A program made the position numbers and the translations under genes. Of a stretch of 64,000 nt of DNA, positions 13,514-27,747 are shown piece after piece (the first letter of the stretch is position 1; each line of letters starts with the position of its first letter). This stretch comes from Eledone cirrhosa (lineage: Eukaryota): positions 190,154,001-190,218,000 of the forward strand of contig OZ024740.1 of the NCBI GenBank assembly GCA_964016885.1. The letters run 5' to 3'. The notes beneath the pieces were generated by a model. It worked only from the letters and a program-made list of their open reading frames with translations. It had not been told where the DNA came from and did no database searches.

Positions 13514-15410
13514 TGCGTTTATCTTGCTTTATGTTCATACGAGTTATCACCAAGTCACAACCAGTGACCTCAAGAGACAACAAGGTCCGCCATGTTCAAG
13601 AAAGAACATACATATTCACACATGCATCCTTAGTGTTTAGACTTGTGATGTACTTATATTGACAGGATCTTCCTTAGTATATGGGCAGTTCCCATTAGTA
13701 CTATCGTTTGTATTTCTCCTATACGCGGGTTTCCTGGGATTTGCGATAAGTAGTCGTTAGACCCCTTAGGTATCATTCCAAGAGCGCCTACAACCACTGG
13801 TATTGTTTTCGTTCTCAATTTCCACATGTTTCCAATTTCTATCTCCAGGTCCTTATACTTGCTCAATTTTTCAAATGTTTTTATAGATACATTCTTGTCT
13901 ATTGGAACAGACATATCAATTAGCAGGCATACCCTCCTTTGAAAGTCCTTCAATATTATATCAGGTCTATTTGCATCTATTTTTCGGTCTGTTTGGATGC
14001 TAAAGTTCTACAGGACTGAGATGAGATCTTTTTCAAGTATGGGAGGTGGTTGATGCTCCCACCAATTCTTTTGATGGGGCAGGTCAAAATGCTTACACAT
14101 TATCCAATGTATGTATTGTGCAGCTCTGTCATGCCTGTTTAGGTATTCAGTTGGACCTATAGGACTGCACGTTGAAATTATATGGTCAATGGTCTCTGGT
14201 TGTTTTTTGCATACACGGCATAATGGGCTGCACCCATTTTTTATTATGTTGGCTTGGTAATTTTTTGTTGGCAGACACTGATCTTGTACCGATATAATCA
14301 GTCCTTCAGTCTCCGATTTCAGTCCAGAGGATGCCAACCACTGATGGGTTAAAGTTTTGTCAACATCAGGATTGTTAGCTCGTTCTGGGTATTTTCCATA
14401 CAGAGGCTTTTCTTGCCATTTCTTAGCCAGTTTCTGTAGCAGTTCTTTCTTTGCAGTTACTTTTACCTGCTTTGCTTTTTCTGTGTTTTCCATTTCAGCA
14501 GTAAATGGGACTTCAGAAATTTGTAGTCCATTACTGTATCTTTGTGCATCTTTTGTAATGGAATATGATCTATTGGTGCTTTCGTGTTTCAAAACGAGTT
14601 TGATCATCCAATCATATGATTCCCTTAGATATGTGGATAATCCAATTGTTGCAGTTTTCAACGCAATGTCTAACTGGATTAACCCACGTCCTCCTTCTTT
14701 CCTAGGGAGATATATTCTATCTATGTCTGCCTTAGGGTGATGCATTCTGTGCATGGTTAAGAATTTTCGGATTTTTGTATCGAGCCTACGGATCTCTGTG
14801 CTTGACCAGTTGATGACATTGTAACTGTAGGTTACTACTGGTATGGCAAGCGTGTTTATGGCATCGATCCTATTCCTTGCATTCAATTCCGTTCTTAAGA
14901 TAGCTCTGACTCTGCGGTAACATTCCTTCCTTTTCCTTTCCCTCATTGTCGAGTGCTTGATTCCGTCTCCTTCACAAACACCTAGATATTTGTAAGTTTT
15001 TTCTTGATCAAGCTCTCTTATCACGTTCCCCCGATCAAGATTAATGTCTGAACTCTTCAGCAGCTTTCCTCTGGTGAACGTTGCTTTGGCGCATTTATCC
15101 AGTCCAAACTCCATTTTAATGTCATCACTGAACTGCTTCACAGTGGATAATAGCCCTTGCAATTGTTCATCATGTTTTGCAAATAGTTTCAGGTCATCCA
15201 TGTAGAACAGGTGATTAATGGTTTTGTCATAGACTTTATATCCATGTTTTGTTTCATTGAACATTTTACTTAATGGTATAAGTGCGATGCAGTATAAAAG
15301 CGGTGATAAAGAGTCACCCTGAAAAATTCCACGATTAATATTAACTTCTCCAGCTTCCAGTGATTTTGTTTCACTATTCAAAAGGAGTGTCGTTTTCCAT
15401 GTCTTCATAC
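13513..15410 (-). mobile_element. R4/Dong-like family A, copy 2 (3' end present, 5'-truncated)
   Basis: 466-aa ORF 14008-15408 (RT, CCHC) and RLE tail 13654-13953 (IDMSVP.D..EKLSKYKDL). (TTA)n on both sides. Confidence 0.9.
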
Positions 15411-15447
15411 TATTATTATTCTGTCTTCATATTATTATTATTATTAA

Positions 15448-15486
<39 letters not shown>

Positions 15487-15488
<2 letters not shown>

Positions 15489-18400
15489 CTTGAATCTCAG
15501 TCATTGATGTTAGTTAACTGGAAAGTCCGTTGGAATGAATATGAAGCCACTGCCTGCAGCCTCAGATATTCAGGACGTATCGGAGGGTTCTTGCTGTTCC
15601 CAGCAAGCATGCCTTTTGAAGCGTTCCAAAAAGCTCGAAGGGGCCGATTTTCTTTAACCATCCCTGGAAACTTTTGGAGATAGTCCCCAGTGCGCCTATG
15701 ACAATCGGGATCACTTTGACTTCATGGCAGTTCCAAATCCTTTTTACCTCCCACTTTAAGTCCTGGTATCGGTTAATTTTCTCCCTCTCCTTCTCTTGCA
15801 CTCTCGTGTCGAATGGGCAGGCCACATCCACAATCAGACACGATCTTTTTTCTTTGTCCACAACCACCAGGTCAGGTCTATTGTGTTCCAGTTTCTTGTC
15901 CGTCTGTATCCTAAAATCCCACAGCACCTTCACCTGATCGTTCTCCATCACCGCTTCTGGCTTATGCTCATACCACTTCTCAGAATGTGGTAAATTGTTT
16001 ACTATGCACAGGTGCCAGTGGATCACCCTGCCCATCACATCATGTTACCAGCCCTTATAGTGGGTCTGGGCTAGGTGTTTACACTCGGATACAATGTGAG
16101 CCACAGTCTCCTCTCTCTCTCTCCACAGATCCTGCACAGTGGGCTAGCCTCCTCCTTGTAAATATGGTCTTTCAACCACTTCGTTTTGAGGGCCAGCTCC
16201 TGTGCAGCCATTAACATTCCTTCTGTAGCCTTTTTAAGGTCTCCTCTTCTCAACCAGTTCCATGTCTGTGGATCTCTAAATTCAGTTTTCTCAAAGAAGG
16301 TACTATGAAGGGATTTTTCCTGGAGGCTGCTCTTTCTCCTTGATGTTATTTCCTCCTTGGACATCCCCTGGTCTATTGTCCCCTCCGTCAGTACAGTTCT
16401 GAGCATTGGCTCCTTACTATCAGTCACGTATTTGTGTAGGTTGTTTTTCTCCATCTGAACACAGTCCTCTATGCTGATAAGACCTCTTCCACATTCAGAT
16501 CTCCTTAGGTAGAGTCTATCGACATCACTCCTGTTTTGGAACATGTTGTAGATAGTCAATAGCTTCCTAGTCTTCCTATCCATTTATTTTTGTTCAGCAA
16601 CATTCCATCTCAGAATTCCTGCACTGTACCTAATAATAGACACAGCTCGGGAATTTACTGCGCTTATGGCACTTCTGCTGTTCAGATGTGACTTCAATAC
16701 GCTCCCTACTCTCCGAATGTATTCAGTTCTTAACAATTCCTTCATTTTTTGTTCTTTATGCCATCAGCCTCCAGAACGCACAAATATGTGTATCCTTCCT
16801 CGGAGTCAATTTCCTTTATCATCTCACCTGTTGGTGTCTGGATTCCGTTACTTCTGCTCAACCTACCCCTCCTCATCACAATAACTCCACACTTACTAAT
16901 ACCAAACTGCATACATATATCACTGCTGAAAATACGGACAGTGTCAACAAGCACAGCCAACTCACTTTTCCCGAAGAGCTTAAGATCGTCCATGAAGAGG
17001 AGATGATTGATGGTAAGCCCTCCCTTTCCCAACCTGTATCCTGCTCCCACTTTTCGCAGTACACTGGTCAGGGGCATCAGCGCAAGGACAAACAACAGAG
17101 GGGACAGACTATCTCCCTGGAAGATACCTCTCTTGATCTTCACGCTTCCCAAGGATTCTCCAGTTGATGTCAACTATGTATCCCAGGACCTCATACTCTT
17201 GCCCAACAACTGTCTGATGTTATCTGCCACCTTGAAGATCTCCAGGCTTTTGGTGATCCAAGAATGAGGCACCATGTCAAATGCCTTTCTGTAGTCTATC
17301 AATCCCATGGCAAGATCAGTGTGTCTCCTCTTGCAATTCCCCATTACCATCTTATCAATAAGTAACTGGTCCTTTGTACCACGTGACTTCTTTCGGCATC
17401 CTTTCTGTTCGTCCGGTAACAAGTTGTTTGTGTGGAGGTGATGGTAGATTTCCTCAGACACAATGCTCGTCAACAGTTTCCACATTATGGACAGACATGT
17501 GATAGGTCTATAGTTGGTAACATCATTACCCTTGATTCGGTCTTTCATTATCAGAACTGTGGTACCTTTTGTCAACCACTCTGGTACCTCACCTGACATC
17601 AAGCAGTCATTGAACATGGTTGTCAGTTTCGGGTGGAGGGATGTTATATTTTTAGTCCAATACCCCTGCACAACATCTGAGCCTGGTGATTTCCAGCTGG
17701 CTAGTTTTTTTGGCCTGCCCCTTAAGAGTTTCAACTGTGATACTCAAATCAGTTTGTTGGTGTGCCTGCTCACAGATCTCCCTCTGTACTGTCTCAATCC
17801 ACACTGCCTGGTCATCATGTATAACATCATGCTCCCATATTCCTCTCCAGAATGTCTTAGTTTGTTCCGCCTCAGGGATCAAGTCGTTGCCTCTTTCTTT
17901 CCCCTCAAGCTGTCCAAACAGCATCTTCTGGTTGTTGTCGAACATGCGGTTCTGTTTATACTGACTGACTCTGTTCTCGTATCGCCTGATTTTTGCACTC
18001 TTTGCTACAATGCGTTGCTTCAGTTCCTCTATGATAATATTTAGCTTTTTCCTCCTAGTTTTGTATTTTATTTCCAGTCTATTTTTAGTGTCTATGTTTT
18101 TTAGTGTCCCATTCAGTAGTGACTCAAGCTTTCCAATGTCATTTCTCATTTCCCTGATTTGACCACTTAGTCGTTTCTTCCACCAAGGCTCTGCTCTTTC
18201 TTGTCTGTTGTTTCCTCTCGCTTTTATACCAAGTAGTTTCCTCACCGTATTTGCTGTTGCTTTGAGGATATTGTTGCACTGGTGAAGGCACCTCGTCTCA
18301 AGGTATGGGATGACTTTATTTACCTTAGCTGTTGTTTCTTTTAACTTTTTCCTGTCTACAAATCTTAGGTTCATAGGTCTCCACTATCATTATTCAATTC

Positions 18401-19097
18401 ATCTACCACTAAATTTAGGATGTCAACCGAACCTTGTCCTAGCCCGTCAGCATTCATCTCCTCAGTGGCCGTATCTCTGTTCCAGGTATTATTTATCTCA
18501 GTATTCAGATCATTGTCTGCTTCGGGTGGTTCCTCCGTTCTCTCGACCTCTTCACATTCATTTCCCACTGGCTCGTTTGCCTGGCATACTCCACCCTCCA
18601 TCTCCAAGCTAATCTCTCTGCTCAGTTCCTCCAGTTCCAGCTCGCTTATCCACCCATTAGTTCTTACTACCCGAGCCTGCCCGGCCAAATTTTGTTCATC
18701 TAATTTAAATAGACCAATCTCGTTCCAGATGTTATGCATCCGTCTCCTATAGCCCCTCTCATTGGGGTTACTTTGCATAACAGTTCTATTCAATTATTTC
18801 GTCCAGTTGGTTCTGGTCCCTTTCCTTCTTCTTCTTCCTCCAACACCAGCAGTATTTGGTTGACAGCCAGGTCCCTGTTGCTGAGCCAGGGAGCCCCTGT
18901 TGGGTGAGAGTCTATCACATGACGTTCTAGTCTCCATTTCGCCGTTATTCGAACTGTTTAGCTTCGATATTTAAACACTCTTATCGAGGATTGGCGAACG
19001 TATGGTTACATAACCATCTGTGGATTCACCGTCTCCGGTGGTTGCGCCGCTCCACTTGCCTCTTGTGTGGCATTATCACCACGCTGTAGACGAACAC
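15487..19097 (-). mobile_element. R4/Dong-like family B, copy 3 (apparently full length, about 3.6 kb, frameshifted)
   Basis: Collinear ORF pieces 18371-18793, 17652-18374, 17174-17734, 16742-17173, 16071-16583 and 15562-16038 cover the Myb-like N-terminus, RT, CCHC and PD..D RLE. Confidence 0.92.
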
Positions 19098-19779
19098 AAA
19101 TAAACAAACAAACAAACAGGCAGAAAAAACCACCAAAATGAATAAGCATAAGTTTCATTGTAATGTAGTGTTCGAATGTCTGACTTAGTTTTTCCCTTCT
19201 CTTCTCTGTCCGTCCGCTTGTTTCTCTCTTCATTCTTATTTTCTTTACGTTTTTTTTGTTTTTGTTTTTCTCTGTTTGTTTTTTGTTGTTGTTGTTGCTG
19301 TGCTGCTTTGGTTTTGATTTTTGTTTTTTCTTTTGAGTCTATCTATATATTTTGATGCCTTCCTCTTTTTTAGTAGGAATTCTATAATGAGGTGGCAGTG
19401 CTGTGCTAGCAGCAACTAGCAGGAAGCAATGGGAGAGAATAGCGGCGGTAGCGATACTGAGGCAGTGATGGTGGTGATGTCGATACTGAGGCAGTGGTGG
19501 TGGTGATGTGATCGTATTACTGTAGTGATGGTGTTGTAGCGGTGGTAGCAATGAAGGAGTGGTAGCGGCGGTGATGGGATAGTGGTGTATCTAGTGGTGT
19601 ATCTAGTTTCTGGTGTTGGTGAGATTGGTGTTGTTTGGCTGTTCTATATAGTGTAGACAGAGGAGGGGGGGGGGTTCTTCTTCTTCTTCCATTTATAGCC
19701 ATTTTCTTTTTTGAATATACAATGTACAATACAAAGTTGAATATTTGAATAATTGAGCCTTATAACAATATATTTTGGG

Positions 19780-22700
19780 TCCGAATGTTTTGGGGGCTCA
19801 AGCCGGATGCTTTACGTAACATTTGTACTAAGAGTTGTTATTTCACAAATGAGTTCAAATCCCGCCGAGGTTGACTTTGCCTTTCATTTTTACGGGGTCG
19901 ATAAAATAAAGTACCAGTAATGCACAGGGTAATTGCTGGCCTTGTGCCAAAAGTAGAAACAGTTATTTCACAAATGATTTAAATATGTTAAAATGTTTTA
20001 TTGTTAACTCTATATAAGTGCACATACATTGATTTCTGAAAAGGACACTCAAAAATACTGGGGCCTTGAGCCCAAAATTTAAACTTTTTATAATTATCAA
20101 AGAAAACTTTTCTTTGAAAAAATAATGGATGACTCAGAGTCACTCCTGCCTCACAATCTAACACCTCACACCGACACCACCATTGTAAATATTGCTACGT
20201 TTGCCAACACTAGAAATTTAGCAGTAGCAATATTTTTAATTTGTCTCAGGCAGACGTTCATTTCCCGCCATTACCAATGACTGCAGGTGTTAAAGCCGCC
20301 ACTACCACGACCACCACCGCCACAACTACTGCCCCCACCACCACCACAGCGACAACAGAAACAAAAGAAAAAAATAAATTAACTCGTGATATCGAAATGA
20401 ATTCACCCAAAATGAACTCTTCCACACCGAACACCACTGACGCCACCACCACCACAACTGAAACTAAAATTAACAAAAGCAAAAATAACGATAACAACAA
20501 CACCAAAATTGAAATTAAGAAAACTACCCTGAGTTTTGCCAGAGTAGCAAAAACGTGCGAAGCGATCCAGTTAACTCAGGAGGAATTAGAAGAAGCCAAA
20601 GGAATGGCAAAGAAAGATAGGTACAGGGTGAGCCCCCCCCCCCCCCCCCACACACACCTAATAAAATGGAGCAACGTCGCCTATGCACCGTGTCTTATCG
20701 GACAATTAACATAAAATCGCGCCGAGTGGAACGGGCATCCGAGTCCCAAATCAAAAAAGCTTTGGGACACGTGTGGGCAAAAAAAACCCCACATCAGACG
20801 TGGGCAGAAGTATGGAACCGTGGACGTGTTCTTTGAAACACGACAGAAAGCCAGAGAACACTCCAATGCCCCATTAAGAAGTGACGACTTCACACTCACC
20901 CCAAGTTATTGTGGCCAGACACTTGTGAAGATCAGGGTGACACACGTTCCACCGGCCATCGAAATTCCCTGGCTAATGGCTGCCGTCCTCACCGGCATCG
21001 AGGCCAACACCAAGATAATTGAAATAGCGAAAGAAAAGCAGGAGTACTGGTACGGATCTGGGATGGAGCTCCTGATCCAAGCGGACCATAAAAGCATTGA
21101 GGAGATCCCAGAGGTAATACACCTCACTGACGGAAGCCACCTCACCGTAATCGACGAGGGCAGACGACCTAGGTGTGTCGTTTGTAGTGAAGGAACCCAC
21201 CTAAGGGTTTCTGCCCTCAGGCTAAAAGGTTGAGGCCACTTCTCTTACCCACCCCAGTCACTCAACCATCAATACCACCAGCAGCAGAAATGGCAGCAAC
21301 AACTGTAGCAACAACAACAGAAGCAACTGTAACTGCAACAACCCCAGCAACAGTAGCAAAACCAACACCACCAACACCCAACGCGCCATAACTAAAAGCA
21401 GCGCCTACACCATCCAGCACGCCACAAGCAAAACCAACGCCTGTGCAGTATTTTCCACTCCCCGGCTTATCGCAACTGGAGACAGATTGTGACGACGTGG
21501 AGTGGAAAACGGTATCAGGAAAAAGAAAAAAAGAAACCAAAAAATAAAATATTATCTTCCCTCCCCCTCCAAAAACAAAATACATACGAAGACAAATAAA
21601 TCATCAGATATGCCACCATCCATACCAGCATCACCAACCCCATCACCACAAATACGAACACCATCACCATCATTAACCCCAACACCACCATCATCAACAC
21701 CATAAAAGTCACCAAAAAAGCGTAAAAGAAACAAACACAACAAACGCAAACAAAACAAAACCACCAAAACGATACACACTACACAGCATTAAATTTGAAC
21801 AACCAATTATTACACTACATGCAACACAACACCAGCATCACAGAAAAAGACTACACAACAACCCAAAAGTTCACACCTCCTCCACACATACAAATCACTC
21901 GCATCACACAGAAAACGTACACGACACTAAAACAAAAATTCCCCAATGACATCGGAGACTTCCGACAAACACTCCCCAGGAGGATTTATAGGGACATCCT
22001 TTCAGAGAAGGCGACAAGCAGTGAAAAGGATGGATAAACCATCCTTCCTCTACGAGAAGTAAGGTAAGTGGTCTTTCCCATCTGTCCACTCCATTTCAAC
22101 ATGACCTCACTCAGAATAGGCAGCATAAATACGTGTGGCTTGGGGTCGTCATGGATACAGTGCCACCTGCTCAACGACCTCAGGTCACTAAACATAGATG
22201 TAGTGGACATCAGCGAGACCAGAATCTCCGAAGCACGGGCCTTCGCATCGATCTTCGGCGGCTACAATGTGTACGCATCTTCCAGCCGTCCGGGATCGGG
22301 TGGAGGATTTGCTGTGCTTTTTCGGAGAGGTTTGGATCTTGCCATACGGGCCATCTTCCTGGACTCAGAAGGTAAGTTGGTGGTGCTGGACGTGACCAGC
22401 GAAGACGGGCAAGCTTTCAGGCTAGTGGCCGTCTATGCCCTGACAGGAGCAGGGTGGCCTGATTTCTTCCGGCGTCTGGAGACCTTTCTTGGAACGTCCC
22501 GCTCTTTAGTGTTAGTGGGCGACTGGAACGGGATCTTAGATGCACGCTCGCACTGTGTGGGAATGGTGGATAGGGGAGTAGGGTGCAATAGTCTCACCAA
22601 CCTGCTCAGGCATTTTGAACTGTATGACAGGTACCGATTGGATTTCCCGAATGTGCCAATGTGGACTTGGACAAATCGCATAGAGTCATCCAGATCTATC

Positions 22701-25661
22701 TAGATAGAGTAATTTGTACGGAAATAGATAGGTGTAGCACAGGCTGTCCACAATTCAAGATAGTCAGCTACACAGACCACAAATTCGTGATCTGTGTGCT
22801 TGACTTAGATAGGCTTCATAGACGAGGATCCGGCCACTGGAATCTAAACGCGTCCTTACAAGCGCGCAAGTCCTACAGAGACCGGATTAGCGAACTAGTT
22901 AAGCGGGCGTTGACGGGGGCCGTCGTCAACAACAAGTGGTGGTTTGCTCTGAAAAGAGCAATTAGAATAGAGTCCATTAGGTTTAGTAAGGCTTTAGCAA
23001 TGGAGAAAAATAGAGCAGAGAGAGAATTAGTTAGCTAATTAGACGAGGCGCTTAGCAAAGGCATCGCGTGCGACGTACTTGCGGCGAAATTGGCCCTTGA
23101 CCAATTCTTCAATGCAAAGCAAAAGGCTGCGTTGTCAGAGCTAGGGTGCGTGCTCTCAGAAACGAGGGGAGCAAAGCTGTTCAATGGGCCCGAGTGGCGG
23201 AGGCGCGTCGTGGCAACAAATACACGATCCGGTCTTTGGTGGACCACGACGGGCGCATGCAACTCGATCCCGGGCAAATGTGTGAAGCTTTTCAGCGATA
23301 CTTCGATCAGCTGCTGGGGGGCAGCGGCGGGCCGGATCGAGGGATGGACATTAGTGTCTCCCTCGACGGACTGCCGCGGCTCTCCGCCACTGAGGCGGAG
23401 TGTTGCGAAAAGCCGATAACAGCCGCTGAAGTAAGGGAGGCAATGACTGGCTGCACAAGGGGTAAATCGCCTTGTTTGGATGGTCTGCCCTATGAACTTT
23501 ACGTACAAATGCCAGACTTGTGCGGAGGCCTCTTGGCGGACGTCTACGGCAACTGGCAACAGAACGGAGAATACCCAGCTCTGTGAGCAGAGGAGCGGTG
23601 GCGCTGCTGAGAAAGGATCCGAACAAGGGGGATAACATAGATAATTTCAGGCCCATAACTCTGCTAAACACAGAGTTCAAGATTTTGGCCAAGGTGCTAG
23701 CAAAGATGTTGGCGCTTGTCGTTGGTGGTCTAGTGGGAGTGCCGCAGACATGCACCATTCCCGACAGATCCATCCACGACAACCTCCACCTCATGCGATA
23801 CATCGTAGAAAGGGTAGCTACGTAACCTGGCACGGGTGGGTCTTTGATCAATTTAAATCAGTCGAAAGCATTCGATAGGGTCGACCATCGTTACCAAGCG
23901 GCAGTCCTGAGGGCGACTGGCTTTGGGCCCGTCTTCAGAGGCTGGATCGCTGCGATGCACAGCGACATCTGCTCTGTAGTGAGAGTGAACGGTCACCTTT
24001 CGGAACCGTTCAACATCATGCGTCCGGTCCGCCAAGGATGTCCTCTCTCGTACTGCCTCTCGAACCATTACTGCACAAACTGGAGACGTTGAGGGGGGTC
24101 CCGCGCGAAATAGGATGCGGAAGATCCGTGTCAGCATATTCGGACGATGTCACCGTAGTGGTGTCGAACGCCAAACACATCGAGGCAATCGGCACTACAC
24201 TAAGAGAATACGAAGCGGTGACAGGAGCAATGATCAACCAGGAAAAGTCAGTGGGCCTGCAGCTCGGCACCTGGAGAGACAGGTCCATGCCGCCCAACAG
24301 CGTCGTCGGGCTCTGGACAGACGGACCGGTTAAATTGCTAGGGGTCTGGTTCGGTCCAGACCTCCAGACGGACAAACATGGGACGAGTTGACGAGCAGCG
24401 TGGCTTCTCTCAACCAGAAATGGGCCGAGAGGAAGCTATCCCTGAAAGGTCGAGCGGAGGTGGCTAACGCGTACATCGCGTCCGTCATCTACTACCGCCT
24501 GACCGTCGTACCTTGTCCTAAGCCCCGCCTGACTGCGCTCCGATGGTCAGGCGGTCCATCTGCTGTCAACACCCGCTACGTGGAGCGCTGGGCTTGCCGG
24601 GGCTGGTGATGCGCAGACACACGCTCAGGCTACGACATCTCCATCTCTTCCTCGACGGTGATTAGGTGTGGTCGCCGTTTGCTAGACACGTCTTTCCCCA
24701 GCTCGTCTCGTTGACGGAGCTGCAGTCCTGGGTCAAGCGAAGACCGAGATAGAGCGCTTGGAGACTGGAATGTCTTCAGGCGCTCAAAGCCCTCGACCAA
24801 TCGGTCAATGTGATCGGCGGAAACTCCACCTTGGCGTTCTAAAGAGGATTAGTGGAAGGGAAGAGCCACGACGTACTTGGGGAAACTCTAGGCATCGACG
24901 AAAATCAACAAACCAATGTCTTCGGAAGGACTTTCGGGCCGGGGCCTATGGACAACTTCCAGAAATCCATGGCCTGGCAGTGCTACCGGGGAGCTTTGCC
25001 AGTTCGGGATAAACTCTACAGGCATGGAGGTGCCGTCAGCCGGGCATGTCCTAGATGCGCACAGGGCGACGAAACCGTCCTGCACGCACTCGTCCAGTGT
25101 CCGAGCATTGCTGACTTCTGGGTTTATGTCGAACACCTGCGGTCACGTGTAGGACGGATCCAGCTATCAGCTGAGTCCATCGTGAGGATTGCGCCGCCCC
25201 CTTCCTTTAGCCGAGAAGGGCAGGCAGCTTTTATCTGTCTGGTGGACATGGCGAAATAGATAGTATGGTGGGCACGTTTGAAAGGGCTGAAGACGAGCAC
25301 TTAGCTCTTCGGTGATGCCCTGATTAACTTTTTCAAATTTCATTTGAAAGATGGGTGAGAGAAGCAATTATGGCCCGAATAAATGGGCGTTCTCTTAGTA
25401 TGTGTCTGTAAATTAAATGTGGAAAACTGGGAGAGGGCACTTGCCTTGTTGGTCAGGTTCACTGTGGTCTTTTAATGGGCTTTCTCCACAAATGTCCCCC
25501 CGAAGTCTCCCCCCTATTGGGGAATTTTTCATTTTTATTTTTTGTTACATCCTCTGTTTTTGTTTTTTACACGCAGAAATGCCCATTTGTACCGTCCTGT
25601 ATTGTCCTGCACTGTCCTTAATGTCTACTTTATGTAAACTCTTGTGGTTAATAAAGAAATC
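19780..25661 (+). mobile_element. Tx1/L1-clade retrotransposon, copy 2 (near full length, decayed; 5' boundary approximate)
   Basis: Collinear with copy 1 from about 19990: ORF1 pieces 20241-21233, APE 22068-22703, RT 23146-24391, C-terminus 24852-25259. 3' end TTAATAAAGAAA is followed by (TTA)n. Confidence 0.9.
19849..19960 (+). mobile_element. 5'-truncated SINE with about 16-bp target-site duplication
   Basis: SINE body flanked by gttatttcacaaatga at 19836 and 19962. Confidence 0.85.
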
Positions 25662-25685
25662 ATTATTATTATTATTATTGTTGTT

Positions 25686-27716
25686 ATTCCTTGAATCTCA
25701 GTCATTGATGTTGGTTAACTGGAAAGTCCGTTGGATTGAATATCAAGCCACTACCTGCAGCCTCAGATATTCAGGACGTATCGGAGGGTTCTTGCTGTTC
25801 CAAGCAAGCATGCCTTTTGAAGCGTTCCAAAAAGCGTGAAGGGGCCGATTTTCTTTAACCATCCCTGGAAACTTTTGGAGATAGTCCCCAGTGCGCCTAT
25901 GACAATCGGGATCACTTTGACTTCATGGCAGTTCCAAATCCTTTTCACCTCCCACTTTAGGTCCTGGTATCGGTTAAATTTCTCCCTCTCCTTCTCTTGC
26001 ACTCTCGTGTCGAACGGGCAGGGCACATCCACAATCAGGCACGATCTTTTTTCTTTGTCCACAACCACCAGGTCAGGTCTATTGTGTTCCAGTTTTTGTC
26101 CGTCTGTATCCTAAAATCCCACAGCACCTTCACCTGATTGTTCTCCATCACCGCCTCTGGCCTATGCTCATACCATTTCTCAGAATGTGGTAAATTGTTT
26201 ACTTTGCACAGGTGCCAGTGGATCACCCTGCCCATCACATCGTGTCTCCAGCCCTTATAGTGGGTCTGGGCTAGGTGTTTACACTCGGACACAATGTGAG
26301 CCACAGTCTCCTCTCTCTCTCCACAGATCCTGCACAGTGGGCTAGCCTCCTCCTTGTAGATATGGTGCTTCAACCACTTAGTTTTGAGGGCCTGCTCCTG
26401 CGCAGCCATTAGCATTCCTTCTGTAGCCTTTTTGAGGTCTACTCTTCTCAACCAGTTCCATGTCTGTGGATCTCTAAATTCAGTTTTCTCAAAGAAGGTA
26501 CTATGAAGGGATGTTCCCCTAAGGCTGCTCTTCCTCCTTGATGTTATTTCCTCCTTGGACATCCCCTGGCCTACTGTCCCCTCCTTCAGTACAGTTCTGA
26601 GCATTGGCTCCTTACTATAGGTCACGTATTTGTATAGGTTGTTTTTCTCCATCTGAACACAGTCCTCTATGCTGATAAGACCTCTTCCACCCTCAGATCT
26701 CCTTAGGTAGAGTCTATCGACATCACTCCTCTTGTGGAACATGTTGTAGATAGTCAATAGCTTCCTAGTCTTCCTATCCATTTCTTTTTGTTCAGCAACA
26801 TTCCATCTCAGAATTCCCGCACTGTACCTACTAATAGACACAGCTCGGGAATTTACTGCGCTTATGGCATTTCTGCTGTTCAGATGTGACTTCAATACGC
26901 TCCTTACTCTCCGAATGTATTCAGTTCTTAACAATTCCTTCATTTTTTTGTTCTTTATGCCATCAGCCTCCAGAACGCCCAAATACTTGTATCCTTCCTC
27001 AGAGTCAATTTCCTTTATCATCTCACCTGTAGGTATCTGGATCCCTTTACTTCTGCTCAACCTACCCTCTCTTCATCACAATGACTCCACATTTACCAAT
27101 ACCAAACTGCATACATATATCACTGCTGAAAATACGGACAGTGTCAACAAGCACATCCAACTCCTTCTCACTTTTCCCGAAGAGCTTAAGATCGTCCATG
27201 AAGAGGAGGTGATTGATGGTAAGCTCTCCCCTTCCCAACTTGTATCCTGCTCTCACTTTTCGCAGCATAATGGTCAAGGGCATCAGGGCAAGGACAAACA
27301 ACAGAGGGGACAGGCTATCTCCCTGGAAGATACCTCTCTTGATCTTCACGCTTCCCAAGGATACTCCAGTTGATGTCAACTCTGTCTCCCAGGACCCCAT
27401 ACTCCTGCCTAGCAACTGTCTGATGTTATCTGCCACCCTGAAGATCTCCAGGCTTTTGGTGATCCAGGAATGAAGCACCATGTCAAATGCCTTTCTGTAG
27501 TCTATCCATCCCATGGCAAGATCAGTGTGTCTCCTCCTGCAATTCCCCATTACCATCTTATCAATAAGTAACTGGTCCTTTGTACCACGTGACTTCTTTC
27601 GGCATCCTTTCTGTTCGTCCGGTAACAAGTTGTTTGTGTGGAGGTGATGGTAGATTTCCTCAGACACAATGTTCGTCAACAGTTTCCACATTACGGACAG
27701 ACATGTGATAGGTCTA
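25686..27716 (-). mobile_element. R4/Dong-like family B, copy 4 (5'-truncated)
   Basis: ORFs 27062-27691, 26035-27060 and 25763-26068. (TTA)n at 25662-25685 and 27717-27740. Confidence 0.92.
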
Positions 27717-27747
27717 TTTATTATTATTATTATTATTATTAAGACCC

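Noticed and set aside
19100-19780. Protein-coding segment with His/Pro/Thr-rich ORFs
   Set aside because: Low-complexity trinucleotide-rich DNA with no recognisable domain or splice structure.
8702-25700. Segmental duplication of a Tx1 plus Dong-B tail-to-tail unit
   Set aside because: The two Tx1 copies differ in 5' end, SINE insertions and deletions, and the adjoining Dong copies differ in subfamily variants and truncation. Independent insertions fit better, though this was not formally tested.
454-27473. Plus-strand ORFs overlapping the Dong copies (e.g. 454-837, 14357-14740, 10605-11105)
   Set aside because: They are antisense shadows of the retrotransposon ORFs and recur only because the elements are repeated.
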